A stretch of 64,000 nucleotides of DNA from Eledone cirrhosa (lineage: Eukaryota): positions 19,778,001 to 19,842,000 of the forward strand of contig OZ024762.1 of assembly GCA_964016885.1 (NCBI GenBank). Reading direction: 5' to 3'. Position numbers and translations under genes: made by a program. Every line of letters starts with the position of its first letter. The first letter of the stretch is position 1. Shown here piece after piece: positions 12,610 to 26,388 of the stretch. The notes below the pieces were generated by a model. It was not told the origin of the DNA and made no database searches. It worked only from the letters and a program-made list of their open reading frames with translations.

Positions 12610-15390
12610 ACAGATGTGTGTGTATGTATCGGCATATGGATATATGTGTGTGTACGTATGGACATGTGTGTGTGTATGGATATATGTGTGTATGTATGTA
12701 TGGACATGACATGTGTGTGTGTATGGATATATGTGTGTGTGTATGTATGGACATGACATGTGTGTGTGTATGGATATATGTGTGTGTGTATGTATGGACG
12801 TGTGTGTGTGTATGGATATATGTGTGTATGTATGTATGGACATGTGTGTGTGTATGGATATATGTGTGTATGTATGTATGGACGTGTGTGTGTGTATGGA
12901 TATATGTGTGTATGTATGTATGGACATGTGTGTGTGTATGGATATATGTGTGTATGTATGTATGGACATGTGTGTGTGTATGGATATATGTGTGTATGTA
13001 TGGACGTGTGTGTGCTAGGACATGTGTGTATGTATAGCATGTGTGTGTGTGTGGATATATGTGTGTATGTATGGACATGTGTGTGTATGTATCGGCATGT
13101 GTGTGTATGTATCGACGTGTGTGTGTATGGATATATGTGTGTATGTATGGACATGTGTGTGTATGAATCGGCATGTGTGTGTGTATGGACATGTGTGTAT
13201 GGACATGTGTGTGTGTATGGATATATGTGTGTATGTATGGACATGTGTGTGTATGAATCGGCATGTGTGTGTATGTATCGACATGTGTGTGTGTATGGAT
13301 ATATGTGTGTATGTATGGACATGTGTGTGTATGTATCGGCATGTGTGTGTTTCTGAATGGAAGTGATAGTCTGTATGCGAGTGTGTATGTGTGTGTGCGT
13401 ATGTACACAGACAGGTGCACACAGATGTACATATACAGATACACAGGTACATATACATATACAGGTGCACACAGATGTACATATACAGATACACAGATAC
13501 AGATGCATATACACAGGTACACTGACAGATGCACACAGATGGACAAATACACTTACAGATGCACACAGATGTGTGTGTATGTATCGGCGTGTGGATATAT
13601 GTATGTGTATGAATATATGTGTGTGTATGGGCATGTGTGTGTGTGTGTATGTATTGGCATGTGTGTGTGTATGGATATATGTGTGTATGTATCGGCGTGT
13701 GGATATATGTATGTGTATGGATATATGTGTGTGTGTGTATGTATTGGCATGTGTGTGTGTATGTATTGGCATGTGTGTGTGTATGTATTGGCATGTGTGT
13801 GTGTATGTATGGGCATGTGTGTGTATGTATCGGCGTGTGGATATATGTATGTGTATGGATATATGTGTGTGTGTGTGTGTATGTATTGGCATGTGTGTGT
13901 GTATGTATGGGCATGTGTGTGTATGTATCGGCATGTGCGTGTGTATGGATATATGTGTGTATGTATGGACATGTGTGTGTATATATCGGCATATGTGTGT
14001 ATATGGATATATGTGTGTATGTATGAGCATGTATAAATGGGTGTAAGTGTGTGTGTCTGAATGGAGGTGAGAGTCTGTATGCGAGTGTGTGTGTGTGTGT
14101 GTGTGTACACTGGCAGATGCACACATACAGATACACAGGTACACTGACAGATGCACACAGATGTACATATACATATACACAGCTACAGATTCATATGCAG
14201 GTGCACTCACATACACACAGGCACATATATATATATACAGACACACACAAAGGCTTATATACACTGATGCACACACACAGGCACACACACACATACACAT
14301 GCACACAGGCACACAGACATAGGCACATATACACACACAGGGCATATACACACACACAGACATAGGCACACACACACATACACACAGATATACACACACA
14401 CAGACACAGGCACATATACACACAGATAGACACACACACACACACACACAGACATAAGCACATACACATACACACACACACACGGGCACAGATACACATA
14501 TACTTACTCGCACACACACACAAGCACTTATACACAGACGCATATATACACACATACACACTTACACACACACACAAAAACATACTTGCATGCACACACG
14601 TGCTGATAGGCATACACACAGGCAGGTACACACACATGCTCATACACGTACACACACATGCTCATACACGTACACACACATACCTATACACAGACATGCC
14701 GATACATACACACACATACACACACATACGCACACACATGCCCACACACACACACATACCCATACACACGGATGCCAATACACACACACATACACATACA
14801 CACACACACAGACATACCCATACACACATGCTGATACACACACACACACATACCCATACACACAGATGCTGATACACACACATACCCATACACACACACA
14901 CATATGCCCATACAAACACACACGCCCATACATACTCGGACACACATACACACACATGCCGATATATACACACACATGCCCATACATACACACATATATC
15001 CATACACACACACACACATGCCCATACACACACATATATCCATACACATACATATATCCACATGCCCATACATACACACATATCCATACACACACACATG
15101 CCCATACACACACATGTCCATATACACACACATGCCGATACATACACACACATGCCCATACACACACATCTCCATATACACACACATGCCGATACATACA
15201 CACATATGCCCATACACACACATGCCCATACATACACACACACACATGTCGATACACACACATGTCCATACACACACACTTACACATACACATGCCCATA
15301 CATACTCACACTTACACACGCATTTATTCTCGGACACACTTACACGTACACTTACACACACATACACCTACACATGCACATACACACAAT
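12610..15390. repeat. Degenerate (TG)/(CA) satellite that switches strand near 14105
   Basis: TG-rich units (ATGGATATATGTGTG, ATCGGCATG), then their reverse complements (CATATATCCAT, CATGCCGAT). Confidence 0.9.
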
Positions 15391-15437
15391 CACTAGTTTG
15401 TTTATATTACTTTTTTAACAGTTGTTTATTCCCTCTA

Positions 15438-15496
<59 letters not shown>

Positions 15497-15552
15497 CATC
15501 ATCATCATCATCATCATCATCATTTTACGTCCGCTTTTCCCTGCTTGCAATA

Positions 15553-15625
<73 letters not shown>

Positions 15626-15701
15626 GCATGACTATCCAGATGGAACTTGAGCCGTTAAGGACTCATTCCTGGATATGTCACTATTTATAAAACAAATTTT
15701 G

Positions 15702-15762
15702 TATTTTATCTGATGAGGGCGTACCAAAGTTTTGGTACCCTTGAAATATATATAATAGAATA
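15702..15762 (+). ncRNA. Type I hammerhead ribozyme (family A-related) within pLTR fragment 15630-15810
   Basis: TATTTTAT-CTGATGA-GGGCGTACCAAAGTTTTGGTACCCTT-GAAA-TATATA-TA|ATAGAATA. Confidence 0.8.
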
Positions 15763-15806
15763 AATATGGTTTTATAAATATAATTGCCATTTATTTAATA
15801 TCATTG

Positions 15807-15837
<31 letters not shown>

Positions 15838-16769
15838 CATTAGCGTTAATGTTTATAATTTGTATTGGTGAGGGGTGGGGTTACCCTAGGGTGTTATGGG
15901 TTAGGGGAAGGGTTTCATGTGTGTTTGAGTGTTTGTGTTTGTGCGTGTGTGTTTGTGTGTTTATGTATGTGTTTGGGTGTGTGTGTGTTTGTGTATATGT
16001 GTGTGTTTGTGTGTGTTTGTGCGTGTGTGTTTGTGTGTTTATGTGTGTGTTTGTGTATATGTGTGTGTTTGTGTGTGCGTGTGTGTTTGTGCATGTTTGT
16101 GCGCGCGTGTGTTTGTACGTGTTTGTATTTGTGTGTGTGTGTGTTTATGTAGCTGACTGAAAATTCCACCGTATAGACCACTTAATTAATATTTCTGGGT
16201 AGCAGTAAAATTAATTTTGGGTGCATTCAATTATTGTGAGACCCTGGTGAATATCCTGTCAGCCCTCTATTCCTTAATCTGGCACAGGGTTGACAGAACG
16301 CTACCCCCCCCCCACTCCCATCTCTATCAATCATTGATTGCAGCTGGGGTGGGCTGGAATGGGGTGTATAAAGCATGCATGAACATTTGGGGCACTTGTG
16401 TGTTATTATTTACGATAGCAAAATAAAAACTTAATTTGGGGGCCCTTTTAATTGTTGTGAGGCCCCTAGCTACAACTCAATCAGACCCCAGCACCCTCAC
16501 ATGCGGTCCTTGACTACAGTCAGACACCACCACCTCCATGTGAGACCCCTAGCTACAGTCAGACACCACCACCCCCATGTCAGTCACCACCACCCCCATG
16601 TCAGTCAGTCACCCCCACCTGACCCACATGTCAGGCCTATGACTAAAGTCAGACACCACCACCCCCGTGTGGGGTCCTTGACTACAACTTAGTCAGCCAC
16701 TTAACCCCTCCAATAATCTGCCACTTGTTCCCATAAAACCTCCTCAATATAGCCATCACTTGTTGCACT

Positions 16770-17050
16770 CAGCTGGAGTTGCAGTCGGCTGGAGTTGCAC
16801 TCGGCTGGAGTTGCACTCGGCTGGAGTTGCACTCGGCTGGAGTTGCACTCGGCTGGAGTTGCACTCGGCTGGAGTTGCACTCAGGTGGACTTGCACTCAG
16901 GTGAGGTTGTACTGGTGTGGAGCTGCACTCAGGTGAGGTTGTACTGGTGTGGAGCTGCACTCACGTGAGGTTGTACTGGTGTGGAGCTGCACTCAGGTGA
17001 GGTTGTACTGGTGTGGAGCTGCACTCAAGTGAGGTTGTACTGGTGTGAAC
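16770..17050. repeat. 16-bp (GGCTGGAGTTGCACTC) array grading into a related array of about 31 bp
   Basis: Read directly. Confidence 0.9.
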
Positions 17051-17139
17051 TAAGTTCGCAAACTTCTTTGGCAATCTGTGCATATTGTTTACAGTAGCAA
17101 AAACTAAACAAAAAAAAAATTATTTAAGATCCTTTGAAT

Positions 17140-17540
17140 ATTGTGAGGGCCTCTGAATTCACCCTAGTTATAATTACCTGCCTTGGTGTGTGTGTCCTTG
17201 GTGCAACCTAGTTAGGGTCACATGCCTTGGTGTGAGGGTCTCTGGGTACACTCTAGTTAGGTTCACCTGCCTTGGTGTGAGGGCCCTGGGTACAGCCTAG
17301 TTAGGGTCACCTGCCTTGGTATGAGGGTCTCTAGGTACAACCTAGTTAGGGTCACCTGCCTTGGTGTGAGGGCCCTGGATAGAGCCTAGTTAGAGTCACC
17401 TGCCTTGGTGTGAGGGCCCTGGGTACAACCTAGTTAGAATCAGCTGGATTGGTGTGAGGGCCCAGGGTACAGCCTAGTTAGGGTTACCTTCCTTGGTGTG
17501 AGGGCCCTGGGTACAGCCTAAGTAGGATTTCATGCCTTAA
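17140..17540. repeat. Minisatellite of about 43 bp (CCTAGTTAGGGTCACCTGCCTTGGTGTGAGGGCCCTGGGTACAG-like)
   Basis: Read directly. Confidence 0.85.
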
Positions 17541-17699
17541 TCTTCCACTAGTATGTGAGACCCTGTTTGGTAAACTTTCTTTTATGTATTCAGAAACAAG
17601 ATTTTATTTCTTCTCTTTGTTTCTATTCTGTTATTCACTCTTGTCTCAAGCTACTTTTTCTCCAAGTAAGCAGTAATCCAGTTGGCTACTGTTGATTAG

Positions 17700-18108
17700 T
17701 TTTGCCTCTTCATTAACTCTTTGGCCCCTCATTAACTCTTTGGTCTTTCATTAACCCTTTGACCCTTCATTAACTTTTTGTTTCCTCATTAACCCTTTGG
17801 CTCTTCATTAACTTTTTGGTCCCTCATTAACTCTTTGGTCTTTCATTAACCTTTTGGTCCCTCATTAACTCTTTGGTCCCTCATTAACTCTTTGGTCCTT
17901 CATTAACCTTTTGGTCCCTCATTAACTCTTTGGCTCTTCATTAACCCTTTGACCCTTCATTAACTCTTTGGTTCTTCATTAACCCTTTGGCTCTTCATTA
18001 ATCCTTTGGTCCTTCATTAACTCTTTGGTCCCTTCATTAACCCTTTGGTCCCTTCATTAACTCTTTGGTCCTTCATTAACCCATTGGCCCTTCATTAACC
18101 CTTTCATT
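17700..18108. repeat. Tandem array of about 19 bp (CATTAACYCTTTGGTCCYT)
   Basis: Read directly; the unit resembles the TTAACCCTTT piggyBac-MITE end. Confidence 0.9.
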
Positions 18109-18477
18109 ACCATATTTGTATGATGGAAGTGTTTTGATAATTAAAAGCACTCTAACTCATTTTGTTACCATATTTCTAATGACACTGTCTATGCTGTTTA
18201 AATCATTGCAAGAACAATCATGGCTTTAAAGACATTTCCTAATATAAATAAGTTCCTCATTATTAAGTTGGGGTTTACAGCATAACTTAATAAAGTTATT
18301 TTACATGAAGTTATGGTAGTGGTCTTTTAGATGTAGATATAAACACTTTAATCTTTTCATTACAATATTTCTACTGAAAGATAATATCTTTGAATTTCAA
18401 ATAATTTTGAAACTTATCAAGAATTTGGAAGGGTTTAGCTCAACTGCAAACCTGACAGAGAACAACTGTTATCGTTA

Positions 18478-18680
18478 TTAACCCTTTAGCATTAGATTAC
18501 TCTATATTTACTTTTGTATTTTCAGGGTAAACACTTTATCTCACATAGTATCTAATCTATAAGATTTTGATATTATTTATTTTGAGAACAATACCTTAGC
18601 ATAAGTATGAGCAACCGGTTATTGCCAGTTTGAACAGAAAGAGGTGAGAGAATTCTGGCTGGATATGGCCAGTTTGAATG
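18478..18680. mobile_element. piggyBac-like MITE copy, right end abutting the next copy
   Basis: Starts TTAACCCTTTAGCATT; body matches 3072-3287. Confidence 0.75.
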
Positions 18681-18840
18681 TTAACCCTTTAGTGTTCAAA
18701 CCGGCCAAAACCGGCCAGAATTCTCTACCTCTTTCTGTTGAAACTGGCTGTAACTGGTCGCTCAAACTGATGTTAAGGTATTGTTCTCAAAATAAATACT
18801 TTCAAAATCTCATAGATTCGATATTATGTGAGATAATTTT

Positions 18841-20442
18841 GTGAGGTAAAGCCTTTACCATGAAAATGTAATAGTATATATAGAGTAATGTAAATGTCAT
18901 GTGAGGTAAAGCCTTTACCATGAAATTATAATAGTATATATAGAGTAATGTAAATGTCATGTGAGGTAAAGCCTTTACCATGAAATTATAATAGTATATA
19001 TAGAGTAATGTAAATGTCATGTGAGGTAAAGCCTTTACCATGAAATTATAATAGTATATATAGAGTAATGTAAATGTCATGTGAAGTAAAGCCTTTACCA
19101 TGAAATTATAATAGTATATATAGAGTAATGTAAATGTCATGTGAGGTAAAGCCTTTACCATGAAATTATAATAGTATATATAGAGTAATGTAAATGTCAT
19201 GTGAGGTAAAGCCTTTACCATGAAATTGTAATAGTATATATAGAGTAATGTAAATGTCATGTGAGGTAAAGCCTTTACCATGAAATTGTAATAGTATATA
19301 TAGAGTAATGTAAATGTCATGTGAGGTAAAGCCTTTACCATGAAATTATAATAGTATATATAGAGTAATGTAAATGTCATGTGAGGTAAAGCCTTTACCA
19401 TGAAATTGTAATAGTATATATAGAGTAATGTAAATGTCATGTGAGGTAAAGCCTTTACCATGAAATTATAATAGTATATATAGAGTAATGTAAATGTCAT
19501 GTGAGGTAAAGCCTTTACCATGAAATTGTAATAGTATATATAGAGTAATGTAAATGTCATGTGAGGTAAAGCCTTTACCATGAAATTATAATAGTATATA
19601 TAGAGTAATGTAAATGTCATGTGAGGTAAAGCCTTTACCATGAAATTGTAATAGTATATATAGAGTAATGTAAATGTCATGTGAGGTAAAGCCTTTACCA
19701 TGAAATTATAATAGTATATATAGAGTAATGTAAATGTCATGTGAGGTAAAGCCTTTACCATGAAATTGTAATAGTATATATAGAGTAATGTAAATGTCAT
19801 GTGAGGTAAAGCCTTTACCATGAAATTATAATAGTATATATAGAGTAATGTAAATGTCATGTGAGGTAAAGCCTTTACCATGAAATTATAATAGTATATA
19901 TAGAGTAATGTAAATGTCATGTGAGGTAAAGCCTTTACCATGAAATTGTAATAGTATATATAGAGTAATGTAAATTGCATGTGAGGTAAAGCCTTTACCA
20001 TGAAATTATAATAGTATATATAGAGTTAATGTAAATGTCATGTGAGGTAAAGGCTTTACCATGAAATTATAATAGTATATATAGAGTAATGTAAATGTCA
20101 TGTGAGGTAAAGCCTTTACCATGAAATTATAATAGTATATATAGAGTAATGTAAATGTCATGTGAGGTAAAGCCTTTACCATGAAATTATAATAGTATAT
20201 ATAGAGTAATGTAAATGTCATGTGAGGTAAAGCCTTTACCATGAAATTATAATAGTATATATAGAGTAATGTAAATGTCATGTGAGGTAAAGCCTTTACC
20301 ATGAAATTATAATAGTATATATAGAGTAATGTAAATGTCATGTGAGGTAAAGCCTTTACCATGAAATTATAATAGTATATATAGAGTAATGTAAATGTCA
20401 TGTGAGGTAAAGACTTTACCATGAAATTATAATAGTATATAT
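18841..20442. repeat. 60-bp satellite, about 27 near-identical copies
   Basis: The unit recurs in register on each 60-nt line; one 1-bp insertion near 20026. Confidence 0.98.
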
Positions 20443-20445
20443 AAA

Positions 20446-20637
20446 ATAATTGTTTCTACTTTTGGCACAAGGCCAGCAATTACCCAGTGCATTACTGGTA
20501 CTTTATTTTATCGACCCCGTAAGGATGAAAGGCAAAGTCAACCTCGGCGGGATTTGAACTCAGATCGTAAAGGGACGTAACTATGCTGGAAAGCATGGCG
20601 TCCGACCCTCTACCGATACTGCCAATCCACCGCCCTT
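20446..20637 (-). mobile_element. S1 SINE, full length
   Basis: Reverse complement of 3586-3777. Confidence 0.9.
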
Positions 20638-21245
20638 ATATAAAATAAGTATATATAAAATAATGTGAATGCTAAAGGGTTAAACTGATGTTCAGAACAT
20701 GACATAACAAAGATTCTTGTAAAAGATTCTGATAGTAAAAGGGTTTAAGATAAATATAAACAGTTTAAGATAAACAGTTTTATATTGTGGAATTAGGGGG
20801 TCAGTTTCTGGTAGCTTAGTATTTCAAAAAGTGACAATGTCTTGTTATTTAACAATACTACATATGCACATCGATGCTTGCACTTGTACTTAAACATGAA
20901 TGCATACATACTGCTGCACATATATAAATATAGCATATATATATATATATGCAGATGAACCTAAACACAGGTAAATACACACACACACACGTATATATAT
21001 ATGTATATATATATATATATATAGAGGGAGAGAGAGATAATTAATATATATATATATATATATATCCCGCTCTTGCAAGCAGGGAGGAGCGGACATAAAA
21101 TGATGATGATGATGGATGACATCATCATCAGCATCATCATTTTACGTCCGCTTTTCCTTGCTTGCAAGGGTTGGACATACATATATCTATCTATCTATCT
21201 ATCTATATATACATACATAAGTGTGTGTATACAAATACACTATCA

Positions 21246-21282
<37 letters not shown>

Positions 21283-21335
21283 ATTTAAAACTGCACTATC
21301 CACAAGTGTTTTTTAGCCTTCATATCATGTTCTCC

Positions 21336-21406
21336 TGTTTTATCTGATGAAAACACAAATATTATTGCATGATGATGTTTGTTTTTGAAATGCGCATAAT
21401 AAAATA
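21336..21406 (+). ncRNA. Type I hammerhead ribozyme (family D)
   Basis: TGTTTTAT-CTGATGA-AAACACAAATAT..ATGTTTGTTTTT-GAAA-TGCGCA-TA|ATAAAATA; downstream sequence matches the 48786 fold-back. Confidence 0.8.
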
Positions 21407-21436
21407 CATGGAACTCCTTTAACCATCTTTTGATCT

Positions 21437-21485
<49 letters not shown>

Positions 21486-21746
21486 AGGCGCGTGGCTGAG
21501 TGGTTAGAGAATTGAACTCTCAATCGTGAGGTTGTGAGTTCGATTCCTGGACCGGGCCATGCGTTATGTCCCTGGGCAAGACACTTTATTTCACGTTGCT
21601 CCTTCTACCTGGAGTTGCGACCGATAGATAGTAATAGCAATTGGAAAGACTAATGGAAACATTGTTTCCTCGGTACGATTTGAGTGACATATATATATAT
21701 ATATATGCAGAGGTTATATTTAATTTGTTGGGATTTAACAAGCTTA

Positions 21747-21786
<40 letters not shown>

Positions 21787-21789
<3 letters not shown>

Positions 21790-21961
21790 TTCCATAAATA
21801 ATGGTTGCATTTTAAAAGGGTACGTCAAAGCTTATTTGTAAAACTGTTATATATTGTATTTTGTCTGATGAAGGCATACCATAATTTAATTTGGTATCCC
21901 TGAAATATGTATAATGAAATAAATATGGTTTTATAAATATAGTTTCCATTTATTAATATCG

Positions 21962-21963
<2 letters not shown>
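21787..21963 (+). mobile_element. Family A pLTR fragment with hammerhead at 21857-21921
   Basis: CTGATGA at 21865, GAAA at 21902, TATGTA-TA; (TA)n on both sides; ends where the 2351 arm ends, with no tail. Confidence 0.8.
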
Positions 21964-22001
<38 letters not shown>

Positions 22002-22089
22002 TTTAATGTTAGAGAAAACAATACCAAATTCTTGAACAAATATATTTAATGGCTTACAATTGTTTCAGAAATCATATCAGAAATGAGCT

Positions 22090-22250
22090 CGTCCAGGGTT
22101 CAATTGGGGGTAACCACAGTAAGGTACTCAATACATTAGTAGAGTGTATACAACAAATTTAATATAGAAATGGCTTCTACAGGACTAGAACTGTTTTTTT
22201 TTACTGAAACACTTCTAGTCATGTAGAAGCCATTTCTATATTAAATTTGT
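22090..22250. mobile_element. Family F-related fold-back (arms 22153-22250) with tail on the left
   Basis: ACAAATTTAATATAGAAATGGCTTCTAC../..GTAGAAGCCATTTCTATATTAAATTTGT; GTACTCAA at 22124. Confidence 0.8.
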
Positions 22251-22284
22251 GATATATATATATATACATACGCACACACACATG

Positions 22285-22318
<34 letters not shown>

Positions 22319-23029
22319 TACTAACCCATGACAGTGTGGAAAAATGGTCATTAAACAGTGATGATGATGATGATGATGATATATATTTAAACATACACAC
22401 ACTCACACACACACACGTATATATATATGCACATATTTTGTAACACATGAATATATACACACCCTTGTGCACAACATACAGAACTATCACAAATAAAGAC
22501 ACACACACACACACACACACACACGTACACTCACACAGACACACACACACATACACTCACACAGACATACACAGATGTACAGGCACACACACACACACAC
22601 ACGTACACTCACACAGACACACACACACATACACAGATGTACAGGCACATACACACACACACACGTACACTCACACAGACATACACACACATACACAGAT
22701 GTACAGGCACATACACACACACACGTACACTCACACAGACACACACACACATACACAGATGTACAGGCACATACACACACATACACAGATGTACAGGCAC
22801 ATACACACACACAAGTACACACACTATAACATTCATTATTTACAGTTAGTTTGTCAGTCTTTCTGTTCAGTTGCCATTAAAATTTTACGCCAACGTTAAA
22901 ATGACAATAAATAAAATTAATTTTTTTTTGTTTTTTATTCAATTTCTTTTAAAGATTTAATCAAGTATTTTGTTTATTTTGAATATATTATCACACGTTT
23001 CTTAAACTCTCTTTTAAATACTAACTATA

Positions 23030-23432
23030 ATAATAATAATGGTTTCTGAATTAGACACAAGGGCAGCAATTATGGGGGAGGGGAAACTCAATTAAATCGA
23101 CACCAGTGTGTTACCGGTACTTTTATAATCATCCCCCATAAGGATGAAAGGCAAAGTTAATAATAATAATAGTTTCTACTTTACGCACAAGGCCAGCAAT
23201 TTGAGGGGAGAGGGAGTCGATTAAATCAACCCAGTGCATTACTGGTACTTTATTTTATCTACTCCGTAACAATGAAAGGCAAAGTTGACCTTGGCAGGAT
23301 TTGAATTCAATAATAATAATAATAATTGTTTCTACTTATGGCACAAGGCCAGCAAATTACCCAGTGTATTACTGGTACTTTGTTTTATCGACCCCGTAAG
23401 GATGAAAGGCAAAACTAACCCTCAGCAGGATT

Positions 23433-23474
<42 letters not shown>

Positions 23475-24075
23475 GTTTCTTAGGAGGGAGAGGAAAGTCG
23501 AATAAATTGACTCCAGTACATTACTGGTACTTTATTTTATCGACCCCGTAATGGATGAAAGGCAAAGTTAACCTCAGCAGGATTTGAATTCAGAAAGTAA
23601 AAGGCCATAACTCTATGCTGCAAAGCATGTTGTCTGACGCTCTACCGATACTGTCAAATAATGGTTTCTTATATAGGCACAAGGCCAGTAATTTGGGGGG
23701 AGGGGAAAGTCGATTTAATCGACCCCCAGTGCGTGACTGGTACTTTATTTTATCGACCCCCGTAAGGATGAAAGGCAAAGTTAACCTCGACGGGATTTGA
23801 ACTCAGACTGTAAAGGGAGGTAACTATGCTGGAAAGCATGGCGTCCGACCCTCTACCGATACTGGCAATTCACCAAATAATATTGATAATAATAATGTTT
23901 CTGCTTTTGGTACAAGGCCAGCAATTACCCCAGTGCATTACTGGTACTTTATTTTATCGACCCCGAAAGGATGAAAGGCAAAGTTAACCTCGGCGAGAGA
24001 TTTCAACTCAGAAAGTAAAGGGAAATAACTCCATGCTGCAAAGCATGTTGCCCAATGCTCTACCGATTCTGCCAA
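23030..24075 (-). mobile_element. Cluster of about 6-7 head-to-tail S1 SINEs with (AAT)n linkers
   Basis: Repeated CTGGTACTTTATTTTATCGACCCC..GGATGAAAGGCAAAG. Confidence 0.85.
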
Positions 24076-24150
24076 ATGATAATAATAATAATAATATAAT
24101 TGACTTTTCTCTGAAAATATCTAATAACAATATCAGACGAGGAATTTGCA

Positions 24151-24484
24151 GAGACACATGGCTTAGTGGTTAGAGCATTGGGCTTGCAATCGAAAGGTTG
24201 TGAGTTCAATTCTTGGACCGGGTGATGTGTTGTTTCCTTGAGCAAGACACTTTATTTCACATTGCTCCAGTTTATTCAGCTGTAGAAATGAGATGATAGG
24301 GACTGAGGTCCCTATCATTCCACTGCAAAGTGGCTGTGGAGGTGCCACGGCAAAAAAAAGCACACAGCACTCACTGTAAATGAGGTTGGTGTTAGGAAGG
24401 GCATCCAGCTGTAGAAATCAAGCCAGAATCAGTTCCCGTCCCACCCTTGCAAGCAGGGAAAAGCGGATATAAAATGATGATGAT
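24151..24484 (+). mobile_element. S2 SINE, full length
   Basis: tRNA head through to the (GAT)n tail. Confidence 0.9.
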
Positions 24485-24985
24485 TAAAATGTTGAACTGA
24501 ATGTTTCTCGTTCTCTGAGTTCAAATCCCACTGAAGTCAACTTGACATTTCATCCTTTTGAAGTTGTTAAAAACACAAAATACCAGTTAAATACTGGAGT
24601 CAGTTTTCATCTATTTCTTTTTCTTACTTCAATCTCTGTCCTCCCCCCCCCCTCCTCTCTCTATCTTTCCTCTTTCTCTCTTGCATCTCTATCTCTCTCT
24701 GTCTCTCTTACTTCCATCTTTATCACTCTTTCTCTCTCTCTTTCTCACTCCCATCTATCACTCTCTTTCTCACTCCCATGCATCTCTGGTATTTTTTTTT
24801 TTGCTTGTGCTTTTCACTTATACTTCTTACACTTCCAACCAGTGCTGCCTGTAATTGTGTTCTTTCAAGCAGAACATCTTTTTAACTCCTGACTCTCCAC
24901 ATGTTACCTATGACACTAACAACAATTATGTACCCTAAATGTTCTAAATGACTAGGATTTTAGTCACATGTTTCGACATTCCCTA

Positions 24986-25032
24986 TGCTCTGATGAATCC
25001 AGACTTCCCTCTGCAAGAAACAATTGTCAGCA
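24986..25032 (+). ncRNA. Type I hammerhead ribozyme (family K)
   Basis: TGCT-CTGATGA-ATCCAGACTTCCCTCTGCAA-GAAA-CAATTG-TC|AGCA, then AATAAA and the tail hairpin at 25081-25115. Confidence 0.7.
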
Positions 25033-25421
25033 AATAAATGTTCTAAACTAAAATTTGATCGTTTTAACACTTTGTATCTCGGCTCTGTAAAACACTTGAA
25101 AATTTGCATTGAGCCTTTTGTCATACCGCTAACCGGCTAGTACTTAGTACTACCCTACATATTTATAGTTGTATCAAACATATATAAATATTCTTATTAC
25201 TATATATATATATATATATAGTCAGCACTTCAGAAAGCCAAAAATTTGGCTTTGTACATTATATGATAAAATATTTTAATATATGTATGAGGAACTTAAC
25301 AATGAAGTGTTTTATATCACAGAACCAGTGTCAGAGACGGTCTCAGGTGGTTGGTATCATAAAGGTTAAGGGGTATACGTGTCTGTGCTTACACATTAAT
25401 TCCACAACCAAGTTATTCCAT

Positions 25422-25931
25422 TACTCTTGGGTTTCAAATAACCATTGCCCTCCCCCCTACACACACACATACACAGATTTTTTTTCTTTAGAAGACTGTG
25501 TTAATAAGTAGGAAAGAAGGAGGGGTGTATTTCTAAAAGTGGTGGTGAAATTCTATAAGATGCAAGTGTAATTTATGAATAATAGTCCCCCCGGCCATTA
25601 TTTTTCAGATTATTTTCCACCCCCTCTGTTTATTAAAGTTTACTAATCTGTCTGGTAAAATTTTATTTTAAATGGTACCATTACTACAATAATTATTTTT
25701 TCTTTATACATTAAAAATAAACCTTACACATGACAAAAAAAAGTACATTATTAGAAATCTCATATGTATAAAAAAAAAAAAAAGATGGTTGAGGGTTTCA
25801 GTATGTAAACTAAACGACTAATTCTGGTTTTTAAAAAAAATCAACAGAGACAAACCTAGAAAAATTACCATTTTTCCAACCCCCTGCTTATTCTAACTCC
25901 GCTGACCCCTATTATTTGGGACCCAAAAGTG
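25422..25931. mobile_element. MITE with imperfect 20-bp TIRs
   Basis: TACTCTTGGGTTTCAAATAA ... TTATTTGGGACCCAAAAGTG. Confidence 0.55.
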
Positions 25932-26388
25932 ATTGATCACCTCGAAGACTCGTCGTTGAAACCGACAAATGTCCTTTCCAGGTAGATATTTTGTTTTAAT
26001 CACATATAGACTTTTTTCAATATGACGGCAGCTCTATCTGTTTACAATCTAAGTATTGATCCGTTTCTATTGGTTTTTCTGTAGGTGTCAATGTTTAAAT
26101 ATTTGGATAATTGTTGCTTTTGATGTCTTTCTAGAATCTCTTTTGTCATCCGTTTCCACAGTTCCAGTTTTGGCACTCCCTCGGGTGATCAATAGATATT
26201 TCTATATATATATATATATTAGCGACAAATATATATATGTGACAAATATATATATATATATATATACATATAAGCGACAAATATATATATATATATATAC
26301 ATATAAGCGACAAATATATATATATATATATATATATTGGCGACAAATAACTTTTTGTTTGATATATTTATGTATCTATATATATATA

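Larger units (their letters stand above)
18681..20683. mobile_element. piggyBac-like MITE (opposite orientation) expanded by an internal satellite and a SINE
   Basis: TTAA-CCCTTTAG ... GCTAAAGGG-TTAA; reverse complement of 26563-26779. Confidence 0.8.

Noticed and set aside
17140-17540. TTAGGG motifs as an interstitial telomere
   Set aside because: They are single hexamers inside a larger minisatellite unit, not tandem.
18802-20422. 399-aa and 138-aa repeat-protein ORFs
   Set aside because: They come from the in-frame 60-bp satellite inside a non-coding MITE.
25932-26200. Possible transposase remnant (..FVGFNDES..)
   Set aside because: It has multiple stops, and the motif order is inconsistent with the neighbouring mariner; too weak to call.
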